Source: Desulfobacterales bacterium (GTDB taxonomy: Bacteria; Desulfobacterota; Desulfobacteria; Desulfobacterales; UBA5852). From it: a DNA stretch of 64,000 bases. Below are positions 27,714-37,796 of this stretch, one piece after another. A program made the position numbers and the translations under genes. The notes below the pieces were generated by a model. It ran no database searches and was not told the origin of the DNA. It saw only the letters and a program-made list of their open reading frames with translations. Numbering within the stretch: position 1 is the first letter of the stretch; every line of letters begins with the position of its first letter. The stretch is taken from assembly GCA_963674755.2 (NCBI GenBank), contig CAXXVS010000001.1:1-64000 (forward strand), written 5' to 3'.

Positions 27714-29714
27714 TTAGGAGGGCAGCACCTGGTAGCTGGCATCGGAAAAGAGTCCGACCAGGGCCCAGATACCCCCCATCAGGAAATCACCCACAATCAG
27801 TCCGATAAAGAGATAGCGGATCTTTCGAAACAAGAGCACCCCGCCGTAACGCATGCACAGGGCATTGCATAGCCAACCGATAAAAAAACTGAACCAGAGA
27901 ATGCGCATGGCCGAGCTGTAGCAGGTCAGGTAGCCGATGGGATGCAGTGGCCACCAGTAAAAACGGTGGTAGCCGAAAACGAGCAGCAGCATGAACACCG
28001 CTCCGGCCAACGCGAACATGCGAACCCAGTGGCTCGTCAGGGGCGGATTTTCGATCAGCGTTACGATATTCTCATAGGTATTCAAGGTGGTTCCGCTGGC
28101 CCAGTCCAGGCCGAGCTCGCGGATGCCATAGCGATAGGACAGGGCCAGCATGGCTGTGAAAGAGATGATCACACCGAGCATCAGGGCGATGGCGATGGTG
28201 GTGATGACGCGGCGATGCTGCTGGATTTTTTCGGTGATCCGGGCGGCATGCACGAGAGAGGGCATGAGGGATTCCCGCAGGTCGAGAAAAAGGGCCTTCT
28301 GAACGACCCCGGCCATGAAGATGCCGCCCGCTGAAAAGATACCCGCGCCGAAAAGGGTCATCACCCCGTCCAGGGGTGCGGCCGTCAGGGTGAAGTAGGC
28401 CAATCCGCCCTGGGTGATGATGCGGCTCGCCACCAGCATGAACATCAGAAAACTGAAGACGACCACGCCGGAGACCCACCAGCGCATGCCCAATCGGTGG
28501 AGCCAGAAAATGATCGCGGCCGTTCCGATCAGAAAGCCCCACCCTGCTATGCGGGAAGAAAACCACTCGGCCGGGGATGCCTGCGACGGTGCCCGCCCGA
28601 ACGTCTGGCGGCAGACATCCCTCAGATGATAGCGGGCCAGCCATATCAGAAACAGAAAGAAACTAAAGTAGGCTCCCACCATCTGCATTTCTTCGGGTCG
28701 GGCAAGGGTCGGGCCGAAGGTAATTCCCAGCGCGGCGGCCGGTATGTTGTACCCCATCACGGCCAGGACGCCGTAAAGCAGCCCGGCCAGGATGAAAAAG
28801 ACCCAGAAGGAGAAGGATATCTGGCGCGTGGTCAGAAAGGCAAATCCGATAAAGGCCGGATAGATATAAATCTTGAGTTTGTAGAAACCGGAAAAAAAAC
28901 CGTATTTGGGGAAATAGGGACCGGCCAGAATAAGGGTGGGAATCTGGGGCACGGCCGGATAATAGAAATTCAGTCCGTTGACCAAGTGAAGCACGGTCGG
29001 TATCAAAAGCCCCACCAGTAGGTAGCGGTTGCGCAGAAACGGGCCCATGGTACCCTGGGAATAGGCCTCCTCCATTACCAGCGGGACCCGCAGGAGGGGG
29101 AAGTTCATGCGTTCGTTGCGCAGCCACTGTTTGCTGAGAAGATTGACCAGGCAGATCATGACGCCGTAACACAAAAGGACGAAGGTCCCCCAGGACAGCA
29201 GCGGGGGTAGCCACACCTTCCAGGGTATCGCACGCAGCACCGCCAGCCACCCCATGCGCCGCCCGCCCGGCAGCCCGTTGTAAAGCGCGTTCACCGCCTC
29301 CGGGCTGCGGGGAAACCAATCGGCCGGCAGGAGGGGGTCGAGGATGTCGGCCCAGCGGTTTTCCGGGGTCGCGAAATGAAAAGGGGCTGTCAGATTGATG
29401 AAAAAGGTGCGCACGAGCCCCGTGTAGGCGATACCTGAGACGAGGACCATCAGGATCCATACAAACAGCAGCTCCTTGCCGTTCAACCAGGGCGGGCGTT
29501 TCATGAGCCGTCCGGCGCCGGCCATGATCAGGGCGAGCCAGAAAAAAATGAAAAAGGGCGCCAAAGGGAAATGGCCGCCCCCCAAGGGGGTGGCCTGCCG
29601 GAAGGCATTGTTGAACGGGGTCAGGACGCAGATGCCGCCGGCCAGCAGCAGCCCCAGCAGGATGGCGCGCGGCCGCAGGGAGGAAGACGTTGTGGACGAC
29701 ATCGGCTTTTCCAT
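27714..29714 (-). CDS. Polytopic membrane protein (resembles DUF6785/DUF6784 family, possibly OPT-related)
   Basis: RAILLGLLL, W...ERMNFPL and WWPLHPIGY...FFIGW...RYGG...LFIGLIVGDF patterns, many TM helices. Confidence 0.7.
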   Translation of the reverse strand: MEKPMSSTTSSSLRPRAILLGLLLAGGICVLTPFNNAFRQATPLGGGHFPLAPFFIFFWLALIMAGAGRLMKRPPWLNGKELLFVWILMVLVSGIAYTGLVRTFFINLTAPFHFATPENRWADILDPLLPADWFPRSPEAVNALYNGLPGGRRMGWLAVLRAIPWKVWLPPLLSWGTFVLLCYGVMICLVNLLSKQWLRNERMNFPLLRVPLVMEEAYSQGTMGPFLRNRYLLVGLLIPTVLHLVNGLNFYYPAVPQIPTLILAGPYFPKYGFFSGFYKLKIYIYPAFIGFAFLTTRQISFSFWVFFILAGLLYGVLAVMGYNIPAAALGITFGPTLARPEEMQMVGAYFSFFLFLIWLARYHLRDVCRQTFGRAPSQASPAEWFSSRIAGWGFLIGTAAIIFWLHRLGMRWWVSGVVVFSFLMFMLVASRIITQGGLAYFTLTAAPLDGVMTLFGAGIFSAGGIFMAGVVQKALFLDLRESLMPSLVHAARITEKIQQHRRVITTIAIALMLGVIISFTAMLALSYRYGIRELGLDWASGTTLNTYENIVTLIENPPLTSHWVRMFALAGAVFMLLLVFGYHRFYWWPLHPIGYLTCYSSAMRILWFSFFIGWLCNALCMRYGGVLLFRKIRYLFIGLIVGDFLMGGIWALVGLFSDASYQVLPS

Positions 29715-29736
29715 AGGTGTTTCGAATTCAGGTTCT

Positions 29737-32700
29737 TCAGGTATATGCCGGCCCGGGCGCTGCTCCAGCGGTTTTGGCCGCCGTGGCCTTTTCCAATTCC
29801 TCTTCGTAGTGGGCCAGGGCCCACCCGTCCATGGATCGCCAGATTAAGAGCTGCTTGCGCAGGTTGTTGACAAAGGCCTTGTTGATGCGGCCCCAGGCGT
29901 TGACTTCGCCGGTCTTGCGCGTAAGACGGACCCGGATTTCCAGAAACCCGGAGTCCTCTTCAGCCGGGCAGAACAGAATCTCGACGTTTTGCATGATGCC
30001 GAAATCAAAGGGTGCCAGCCAGACGAGCGAGGACAGTTTAAAGCAGGCGGATACGGGGTCTGCGCTCGCTTCCGCGGCCCGTCCGCCGGCGCCGTCCAGG
30101 TTAAAATCGAACGCTATCTCACCGGTTGAGAAAAGTCCATGGGAAACGTCCTGATGCTCCGCGAAGTGGCTCAACAGAAAGCCCCCCAGGCTTTTCAGTT
30201 CGTTCTGCTTGATGAGAAAGGGCAGGGTAATTTCAAGCACGCTTTGCTCGGCATGGGGCATGCGCCATGACCGGTTGACGTCCGGGATGGCAATCTTGGC
30301 CGCCACGCGTGCCGGGTAAATGACGGAAATCAACACCACCAGAATAACCAGAATCATGGCGGCCACGCCGGCCAGTGAAGAATAGTTCACGGTAATCCCG
30401 GACCACATGGCGGTCTCGGCGAACAGCTTGGCGGTGGACTGGGCCACCAGGTAGCCCAGGACGACACTCAACACGGCGAAAGCCATGGCCTCGGCAATAA
30501 ATAAAAAAGCCACATGGGAGGGGGCCAGTCCCACCGAGGTGTAAATGCCGATTTCCCGGCGTCTTTCGTAGACACTGCCGATCATGGTGTTCAAGACGAT
30601 GAAAATGGAGATCACCAGGGGGATGAAAATGTTCGGCACCCCGCTGTATTGGATGGTGTCGCTGGAATGGTAGAGAAAGGTTCCGCCGGTTTCGCCGCTG
30701 AACAGCTCCAGGCTGAAACGATCCGTCAGCCGGCGAGCGGTCTGGCGGGTATTCGCATTGCCCGCCGGGACAAGGGCTACGGCCTTCAACCGGCCGCCGA
30801 TGGCTTGCAGGGCCCGGTAGGGCAGATAGATGGTCAGATCTCCGGCCGTATGCTGGTAGCGGCTTTGAAAGGTTTCCACGTCTTCCCCTGATTCGAGGGC
30901 TTCCATTTCGATTTCGGTCAGCTCGGCGGAGACCTCGCCGGGAAATGTCACGGGTGTCAGCGGTTCGCCGTCCAGATCCGTGAGGCTGTCCACCCGGCGG
31001 CCGTCGATGATCCCCATCACCTTGTAGCGGGCGCCCCAGAGACGGACTTCGGCATGATCGAGGTCCTCCTTCCGGATGCCCAGATCGGCGGCCATGCGGC
31101 GCGGAATGATGACGGCGTGGTCGGTATCGTTCGTGAACCAGCGGCCGGCCACGAGCAAACGATCCAGCCCGGTGATGCGCCCCTCGCAGGCCGCCAGTCC
31201 GACCATTCCCTGGGCCACGAACACCTGGTCGGCATGCCGGACGGGGATGCGGACCACGCGGGTCCGGTCGTCGTTTTCGAGCCACACCCGCGGTCCCACG
31301 GTCACCGTAGCAAAGGTATCGGACAGCGTTCCCAACGCTTCCGCGGGGAGATCTTTCCAGTTGGGTGTTTTAAGGAGGAATCCGTGGTAGGGCACTTCCG
31401 CCCGGAACAGGATGCGGGCATGCAGGCGGGAGGATTTGACCGATGTAAAACTCATGATCGTGAAGGTCAGAATAATCAGGGTGATGCAGGTCAGGGCGGT
31501 CCGCAGGCGGCGGCGGCGCAGGTTGCTGACCCCCAGGAAAAAGGCCGCCACAAAGGCTTTCCAGCGGCTGATTTCTTCGGCCCCCTTGCGGGAGGCACGA
31601 TTCTGGAGCTGGGTCATTTCTTCTTCGAAGCGTAAAAAGATGATCAGGGTTACAATCAGGGACAGGCCCATGATGAAAAAGGCCAGGATGACCACCATGG
31701 GGCTGTAAGCCAGGTCAAAAGCCGGATGAACGTTATAGATGACCGCGATGAGGGCGATCAGCACGCCGCTGAACGCGATGATCCGCTTGTGGATGTTGCG
31801 GAAACCGAAAAGCAGGCGCTCCGCGCAGAAGGCAAAGGGCACGAACAGGGCGATGTAAAACAGGACGCCGAAAAGAACGTCGCGCTGGGTTTCTTCGACC
31901 TGATTGTAAACCCGGCTGGCCAGGGCCCATGAGCGGGTGGCTTCTTCCATGAAGCGGTCGTAGGTTTTTTCCGCCAGCGCGCGCCGGGCGTTTTCCAGGG
32001 CCGTGCGGCCCTCCTCCTCCAGGGTGCGCAGCTGTTCGTTATTGATGCCGTTTTGCTCCAGGCTTTGCAGCCGCGGATCAAGCAGACGCCACATGTCCTG
32101 GGCCGCATGAAATTCGGTGTGGTAGAGGCGGGGCCAATTTTCGACCAGGTAGCCGATGCCCTCGGAGCGCCGGGGTGTGGCGTTGGTGAGAATCAATTTT
32201 TTGTTCAGAACCGAATCCGAGAGGGTCAGTTTGAAGCGCGTCTCCGGTTCCAGGTAGAGGCTTGTGAGAATGGAAGCACGCGTATCGATACGGCTCCACC
32301 AATAGCGCAACGGTTGGGCTTCCAGGCGGCCGTCCAGCAGGTCGATTTTGGTCATATAGTGAAAGCTGCGGGGGGCCAGCAGATCGAATAGCGTGGTCTG
32401 GTGGCAGGCAAACATGATGAGATCGGTTTCCATCTGGTTGCGCTGCATTTTTACGCGATAGGCGCTTTTACCGGTGGCTTTTTTATCGATGGCCCACAGG
32501 GTTTGCCCGGTGGCGGGATCGAAACGGTACGCCTCCAGGATGACCTTGTCATAGACGAGCTTTTTGTCGGATAGGCCACGGAGTTCGAAGCGGCCCATCT
32601 GGTCGACCATGAGGTGGTACCGGGCCGGTCCCTGGAAGGCCAGAATCATCGTACCCGGCGCGGGGAGTTCGGCAAACAGCTCGCCGTGCCGGATGAACTT

Positions 32701-34647
32701 GGCGCGACCGGTCAGCGTGGAGAGCCCGTCGCGGGGGTATTCGTCGGAATGCAGGACCGGCTGGCCGGCCAGTTTATGCACCAGCGCGGATACCAGGCGA
32801 CTTTGCCGGGCGGCAAAGGACCAGTCGATTTTCCCCATCGTGTCCCAAGGGGTTCCCCAATGGTCGCGAATGTCATGGGTGGTCGCCAGGGAAATGCCGT
32901 GCAGGCCTGCCATGGCGCTGATTTCACCGCCCATCGGCGGGTGATCGGGAAGATAGCTCTGCCAGGATTTAATACGGCTGGGGCGCAGGCTGTCTTTAAA
33001 GAGGGACGGAAGCCCGTTCTCCGCTTCGACCGTGGCCGCACTCTCCCGGAGGACATCGGCCAGAACGCTGTAAGGGGCTGTCATGGCGCTGGCGCGCTGG
33101 GGCCGCAGGGCATAGTGCCAGCCCTGGTTGAAGGCGCCCAGGCCGTCGCCATGGCTTGACAGGTGGAGCGAAATCAGAATAGCCAGGTCGTGGTCGCGGA
33201 CCACCCGCCGGAAGGCCATGACGTCCTTGAGAAGAGTGAGTTGCTGGCGAGCGTCCGCGGCGACGGCCCTGGCTTGGGCGCGTGCCCCGGGAATCAGCCG
33301 GTCGAGCATCTCCCGCTCGGGGCTGCTCAGTGCGCTAAAACGGCTTTTCCAGCTCAACTGCCGCAGGAGCCGGCGCTGATCCGCCAGGGCCCGGATCGTA
33401 TGGTCTTCCTTGGAAGGATCCGCTTTCAAGCGAAGCCGCATCAGGCGGCGGGAAACCTGGTCGGATTCGGTCTTGATGGCATCGAGCATCGCCCTGACGA
33501 GGTCTTGGTCCGGGGTCTCATCCGCCAGGGCCGCCAGACGCAATTTTTGGGCTACTTTGTCGGCCAGTTTGGCATCATCGGATAACTGCTTGCGTTTGAT
33601 GATAAATTCTTTGGATTTGGCATGCAGGCTCCACACGGCCTCCCGCATCCCGGCCAGCCCCTGGGCGTGGCCGGCGGTGGCCAGCAGGAGCACCGCGCGG
33701 GACGGCGGGTGGTGTTTCAAATAACGGGCCAGCTCCAGGAGGGCGGCAATGCTGCCGGCTTCATCGGCCCCCGGTGAGACCCCTGCGACATAGGACGTGC
33801 TGTCGTAGAAGGCCTCCACCACGATGAGCTCCTCCCGCAGGGCGTCGTCCCGGCCCGGAACCAGGGCGTAGATGTTGTCGGCCAAGACGTTCTGCCAGGC
33901 AATCGGGGCAGTGAGATGCACCGCGCTGCGCAAGAGGCCCGGTGCCAAGGGATTGTCGCGGGCCAGATTGGCCTGCAGCGCTTCATAGGTCACCCAGAAC
34001 CGCGGGAAGTCGATGGGGGTCAATTCGTATTTTTCATAAAACAGCGGCCGCCGGGAGGCCCCCCGATCGATGTAAATCAAGGCCCGGGCACCCAGATTGG
34101 CGGCGTTCTGCCAGTTCTTGCCGGAGGTCATTTCCATGAGGACGATGGCATTGTGCACATCGAGGCCGTTGAAGTCGGCCAGGTTGCCAGGTCCGACATA
34201 GATCAGCGGCCCCCGGACGCCTTCGGGAGGAAGGGTGCCCGGCGAAATGCTATTGGCCAGCAGCGGCCGCAAGGGCAGGGGCGGCGTGTCGGAATCGAGG
34301 CGCAGGGTACTCCCGTGGTCCTGGCGGACAGGCACCTGCAGCCGGAAGCGTCCCACGGTGTCATAGCCTTGTTCCTGGAAGACCTGCTGGATGTAATCGG
34401 CGGCCTGGCGGGCGCCGTCGCTGCCCGTACGGCGGTCGCCGTAGGCGGACAGGATCCGGATGTCGTCGGTCAGCGCCGCTGGCCCGGCCGCCCCGGCGGG
34501 TTTGCCAGGAAGGAGCCACACCAGCAGCAAGGCCAGGCAGATGATGGCCGCTCCGCGATACAGAGAGGGCAACGGCAAGGGGTGCCGCTCTGCCGGCACG
34601 GCGCAGAGTTTCCGGGTCGGCAGAGCATGGGCGGATATACGCAGCAT
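29737..34647 (-). CDS. Giant FtsX/MacB-like ABC permease with N-terminal PA + M28-peptidase-like ectodomain
   Basis: Signal/TM segment, then RRTGSDG, GPLIYVG (PA) and PGADEAGSIAALLELAR (M28-like). Then a TM block, NLRRRRLRTALT, a MacB-like periplasmic region (LVAGRWF) and the FtsX motif SVYERRREIGIYTSVG. Start 34647 or 34671. Confidence 0.85.
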   Translation of the reverse strand: MLRISAHALPTRKLCAVPAERHPLPLPSLYRGAAIICLALLLVWLLPGKPAGAAGPAALTDDIRILSAYGDRRTGSDGARQAADYIQQVFQEQGYDTVGRFRLQVPVRQDHGSTLRLDSDTPPLPLRPLLANSISPGTLPPEGVRGPLIYVGPGNLADFNGLDVHNAIVLMEMTSGKNWQNAANLGARALIYIDRGASRRPLFYEKYELTPIDFPRFWVTYEALQANLARDNPLAPGLLRSAVHLTAPIAWQNVLADNIYALVPGRDDALREELIVVEAFYDSTSYVAGVSPGADEAGSIAALLELARYLKHHPPSRAVLLLATAGHAQGLAGMREAVWSLHAKSKEFIIKRKQLSDDAKLADKVAQKLRLAALADETPDQDLVRAMLDAIKTESDQVSRRLMRLRLKADPSKEDHTIRALADQRRLLRQLSWKSRFSALSSPEREMLDRLIPGARAQARAVAADARQQLTLLKDVMAFRRVVRDHDLAILISLHLSSHGDGLGAFNQGWHYALRPQRASAMTAPYSVLADVLRESAATVEAENGLPSLFKDSLRPSRIKSWQSYLPDHPPMGGEISAMAGLHGISLATTHDIRDHWGTPWDTMGKIDWSFAARQSRLVSALVHKLAGQPVLHSDEYPRDGLSTLTGRAKFIRHGELFAELPAPGTMILAFQGPARYHLMVDQMGRFELRGLSDKKLVYDKVILEAYRFDPATGQTLWAIDKKATGKSAYRVKMQRNQMETDLIMFACHQTTLFDLLAPRSFHYMTKIDLLDGRLEAQPLRYWWSRIDTRASILTSLYLEPETRFKLTLSDSVLNKKLILTNATPRRSEGIGYLVENWPRLYHTEFHAAQDMWRLLDPRLQSLEQNGINNEQLRTLEEEGRTALENARRALAEKTYDRFMEEATRSWALASRVYNQVEETQRDVLFGVLFYIALFVPFAFCAERLLFGFRNIHKRIIAFSGVLIALIAVIYNVHPAFDLAYSPMVVILAFFIMGLSLIVTLIIFLRFEEEMTQLQNRASRKGAEEISRWKAFVAAFFLGVSNLRRRRLRTALTCITLIILTFTIMSFTSVKSSRLHARILFRAEVPYHGFLLKTPNWKDLPAEALGTLSDTFATVTVGPRVWLENDDRTRVVRIPVRHADQVFVAQGMVGLAACEGRITGLDRLLVAGRWFTNDTDHAVIIPRRMAADLGIRKEDLDHAEVRLWGARYKVMGIIDGRRVDSLTDLDGEPLTPVTFPGEVSAELTEIEMEALESGEDVETFQSRYQHTAGDLTIYLPYRALQAIGGRLKAVALVPAGNANTRQTARRLTDRFSLELFSGETGGTFLYHSSDTIQYSGVPNIFIPLVISIFIVLNTMIGSVYERRREIGIYTSVGLAPSHVAFLFIAEAMAFAVLSVVLGYLVAQSTAKLFAETAMWSGITVNYSSLAGVAAMILVILVVLISVIYPARVAAKIAIPDVNRSWRMPHAEQSVLEITLPFLIKQNELKSLGGFLLSHFAEHQDVSHGLFSTGEIAFDFNLDGAGGRAAEASADPVSACFKLSSLVWLAPFDFGIMQNVEILFCPAEEDSGFLEIRVRLTRKTGEVNAWGRINKAFVNNLRKQLLIWRSMDGWALAHYEEELEKATAAKTAGAAPGPAYT

Positions 34648-34651
34648 GGGG

Positions 34652-35395
34652 TTAGGCTCCCGCCCGGGCATCGATGCGGCCCACGGAAATGGTCAATTCT
34701 TCCCGGCTTTCGATTTTATCGATTTGTCCGTCGCGGATCCAGACCACCTGATCCGAGACATTGAGCATCTTGATGTCGTGGGTGGCGGAAATAATGGTCA
34801 CGCCCCGTTCGTGGCTGAGATTTTTCAACAGGGTGATGATCTCTTCGCCCGTCGTCAGATCGAGGTTGCCGGTGGGCTCATCCGCCAGGATGATGGCAGG
34901 ATCGTTGGCCAGGGCCCGGGCCACGGCCACGCGTTGCTGCTGACCGCCCGAGAGTTCGAAAGGTTTGTGCTGAAAACGATCCGCCAGCCCCACCAGACCA
35001 AGCAGTTCCATGCCCTTCTCCACCGCCCGTTCGCTGCGCATGCCGGCAAAGGTCATGGGCAGGGTGACGTTTTCCAGGGCGGTCATGACCTGGATAATGT
35101 TGAACGTCTGGAAAATATAGCCGATCTTGCGGCACCGCAGCCAGGCCAGCTCGTAGGCATCGAGCTGGGAAATGTCCACCTCGTCGATGAACACTTTCCC
35201 GGTGGAAGGTTTGTCCAGCCCGCCGATCATGTTGAACAGGGTGCTTTTGCCGGATCCCGAAGGTCCCATGATGGAGATGTACTGGCCGGTGGGGATTTCG
35301 AGGGTGACACCCTTCAGCGCCTGGACGGTGACCTTGCCCATCTGAAACGTTTTGGTGACATTGGAAACGCGCACAATATTTTTGATGTTGGACAT
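34652..35395 (-). CDS. ABC ATP-binding protein, LolD/MacB family
   Basis: GPSGSGKST, IGYIFQTFN, LSGGQQQRVAVARAL, ILADEPTGNLD and ATHD. Start MSNIKN after RBS GGAAGGA. Confidence 0.94.
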   Translation of the reverse strand: MSNIKNIVRVSNVTKTFQMGKVTVQALKGVTLEIPTGQYISIMGPSGSGKSTLFNMIGGLDKPSTGKVFIDEVDISQLDAYELAWLRCRKIGYIFQTFNIIQVMTALENVTLPMTFAGMRSERAVEKGMELLGLVGLADRFQHKPFELSGGQQQRVAVARALANDPAIILADEPTGNLDLTTGEEIITLLKNLSHERGVTIISATHDIKMLNVSDQVVWIRDGQIDKIESREELTISVGRIDARAGA

Positions 35396-35457
35396 GGCGG
35401 TCCTTCCCTTAAGGGCGTGAAGGGGGGCGGCGCCGGACGGCAGGCGTCCGCCGGTCG

Positions 35458-36156
35458 TCAATGCTCCACACGCATGGCTTCCACCGGTTGCATACGGGCG
35501 GCCACGAAAGCCGGATAGAGAACACCCACAACGCTCAGCAGACACCCTACCCCGGTCGCCACAGCAATGGAAAGGACGATGTCCGCAGCCGACGGTGTGG
35601 TCAAGGCCTGGAGTCCGAAATGAAGCGTGTTGCTGGCGAGGGCAAACGCGGCCCCGGTCAGCGCACCGAGGCCGGCCCCGGCCAGGCCCTGCATGACCGC
35701 CTCCAAAAGGAACAGGCGAAGGATGAAGCGGTCCAGGGCCCCCAGGCATTTCATGGTGCCGATTTCCCGGAATCGTTCGGTGACGGCCATCAGCTGGGCG
35801 TTGACGATGCCCACCACACAGACCAGCAGTGAGAGCACGACGATCCAACGCTGCTTGGGGCTGCTGTCGGCCCGGGTGTCTTCCGGACCGAGGTCGTAGC
35901 CTGAGCGGATCAGGGCCTGCCGCAAGGTGGGGTCACCGGTGGACAGCAGCCCGTTGGCCACATCGGTGCCGACGGACACGAAACTCAGAAACGAAACCGC
36001 CAGCACCAGACTCATGGTGGTGATCAGGGAACGGAAGAAGCGCACCCGAATACTGTTGAAGGCAATTTCAAGCGATTTGCCCATGGGCAGAACGACCTGC
36101 CGATGAATGCGCGGCGTCTCACCCAGCGTGGCAATGGTCTCCTCGGACGTCGTCAT
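35458..36156 (-). CDS. Small FtsX-like ABC permease (minimal periplasmic domain)
   Basis: GIVNAQLMAVTERFREIGTMKCLGA...LFLLEA...YPAFVAARMQPVEAMR. Confidence 0.9.
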   Translation of the reverse strand: MTTSEETIATLGETPRIHRQVVLPMGKSLEIAFNSIRVRFFRSLITTMSLVLAVSFLSFVSVGTDVANGLLSTGDPTLRQALIRSGYDLGPEDTRADSSPKQRWIVVLSLLVCVVGIVNAQLMAVTERFREIGTMKCLGALDRFILRLFLLEAVMQGLAGAGLGALTGAAFALASNTLHFGLQALTTPSAADIVLSIAVATGVGCLLSVVGVLYPAFVAARMQPVEAMRVEH

Positions 36157-36202
36157 GGGCCTACCGAAGCTTTCTGCGCCCCACCCGCCGGGGGCGCCTT
36201 GA

Positions 36203-37792
36203 TCACGTCTTATTGATGCGATTTTCTCCGCGGGCATGCCGCGCCTGTCGATGCCTTTGCTTGCGCTGGTGGTCTTCCCAGTCGGATTTGATTTTGTGGG
36301 TGCGTACCCGATTGAAGCGTAGCGGTAGCAATTTTACAGCGATACCGTATTGCCGCAGCTGGCCGGCGGTGAACATTTCGGCCGTGACCGGCGGTGCGGA
36401 CGGACTGGCGGAGACCCAGGTCCGGATATAGGTCGGCCAATCATCGAACTTGTTCATATAGATAGTCATATTTTCGGGGTTGCCAATGGCCAGGCGGTCG
36501 TTGCAACCCTCGTACATATGAAAGTCGGGCACATGCAGGTAGTTCAGATCGAGGGTTGCCAGCGCGGGCAGCGGCGTCTCGAAAAGCAGGTCCGGACGGC
36601 CGCGCAGGACGACGTCGTAGCGGATGCCGTGTTCCTTTGCATAGGTCTGGCGCAGCCGGTTGCACATTTTCAGGCCGTAAAGCTGCTGGAGATAACCCTG
36701 CAGGCCGACTTTGAGCAGGCAGTCGCGGCCGTTTTGCAGGCCGCCTTCATCCAAGGGGTGATCGGCAACCACCCGGAGGACGGTCGGGTTCAACAGGGAT
36801 GCGAAACGGGCATCTTCATCCTCCGGAACATACATGAAAAGGTCGTAGCGGCCAAGGGGGGCGAGCAGATTCGTCCGAATCGAACGATAGGTCCGGTCAA
36901 GGCCGCAACAGCGCCCCGAGAGGCATACGGCGACCCGCGGGGAAGGCCCCACGGTGACGGCGGGCCGGGGTCTGATGGATTCCAGCTGCCGATGTTTGAT
37001 CAGCGGATGGTTCGTCCGCCAGTGCCGGGCAAGCTCGGATGGGGTGATACGATAGGAGCAATCTTTTTTACGCGGTTTTCCCGGTGCCGGCGTGGGGCTG
37101 TTGGGGGTTTCGGTATTCAGGGCCGGACGCAAGGCGTCCCTGAGAGCGGTGGCCAGAAAGGTGGTGGGAATCGACCAATATTTTTTACGCTGGAAATAAC
37201 CCCTGCGGCGGGCGTTGGTGGTGGTGACCAGATTACATTGAATCCGGTGGGGGTGATAGAGCAGGCTCGCCATATGATTGATGAGGTGCTGGGAGTAGAG
37301 CCAGGACTCGCTGTCAAACCCGGTGTAATAGGGCAGGAGAAACGAGAGGGTCTCCCGGTGGAAGGCGTTGAAAAGCCCGTCGATGTTGTGTCCGAGGTTG
37401 ACGGCGCAGCCCTTTTCGTAATGCTGCCAGTCGTAGCGCGTGTAGCCCACCGCTGGCTCCCACTCCAGAAGAAAACGCTCGAAGGTCCGAAAGGGGTTGC
37501 CGCTCAGGGAGATACCGAGTTGTCGGGCCAGGGCTGCGTCTTCCCGCACGACGCAGTCGTCATCCATGAAAATATAGTAGAGGTAGTCGTTACCCGTGGC
37601 GCGGGTGCGCTCCCGGGCTTCCCACAGCAGCCGGTTGCGTCCTTCGTTCCAGCTGGACCCCGGCAAATAAAGCGTGCCGCCCCGGGGGGCGGGGACCTGC
37701 CAGTTCAGCACGATCCGGTCGCAGGCCGGATCGGGGATTTCCGGGTAGGGAATGCCCGAGGCCGTCTGGATGAGATAGATGAACGGCTTCAT
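36203..37792 (-). CDS. Two-domain putative glycosyltransferase-like protein
   Basis: N-domain SWNEGRNRL...YYIFMDDD (GT-A-like DxD). C-domain VAVCLSG...YDVVLRGRPDL...NDRLAIG resembles an uncharacterised GT-like family. Pro-rich linker between them. Confidence 0.6.
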   Translation of the reverse strand: MKPFIYLIQTASGIPYPEIPDPACDRIVLNWQVPAPRGGTLYLPGSSWNEGRNRLLWEARERTRATGNDYLYYIFMDDDCVVREDAALARQLGISLSGNPFRTFERFLLEWEPAVGYTRYDWQHYEKGCAVNLGHNIDGLFNAFHRETLSFLLPYYTGFDSESWLYSQHLINHMASLLYHPHRIQCNLVTTTNARRRGYFQRKKYWSIPTTFLATALRDALRPALNTETPNSPTPAPGKPRKKDCSYRITPSELARHWRTNHPLIKHRQLESIRPRPAVTVGPSPRVAVCLSGRCCGLDRTYRSIRTNLLAPLGRYDLFMYVPEDEDARFASLLNPTVLRVVADHPLDEGGLQNGRDCLLKVGLQGYLQQLYGLKMCNRLRQTYAKEHGIRYDVVLRGRPDLLFETPLPALATLDLNYLHVPDFHMYEGCNDRLAIGNPENMTIYMNKFDDWPTYIRTWVSASPSAPPVTAEMFTAGQLRQYGIAVKLLPLRFNRVRTHKIKSDWEDHQRKQRHRQARHARGENRINKT

Positions 37793-37796
37793 CGGG

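Noticed and set aside
35396..35848. N-terminal extension of the ABC ATPase ORF, and likewise 61228-62037 for the BtuD-like ORF
   Set aside because: Out-of-frame overlap with the upstream permease genes. True starts with an RBS or ATGA coupling are at 35395 and 62038, so no frameshift or fusion is needed.
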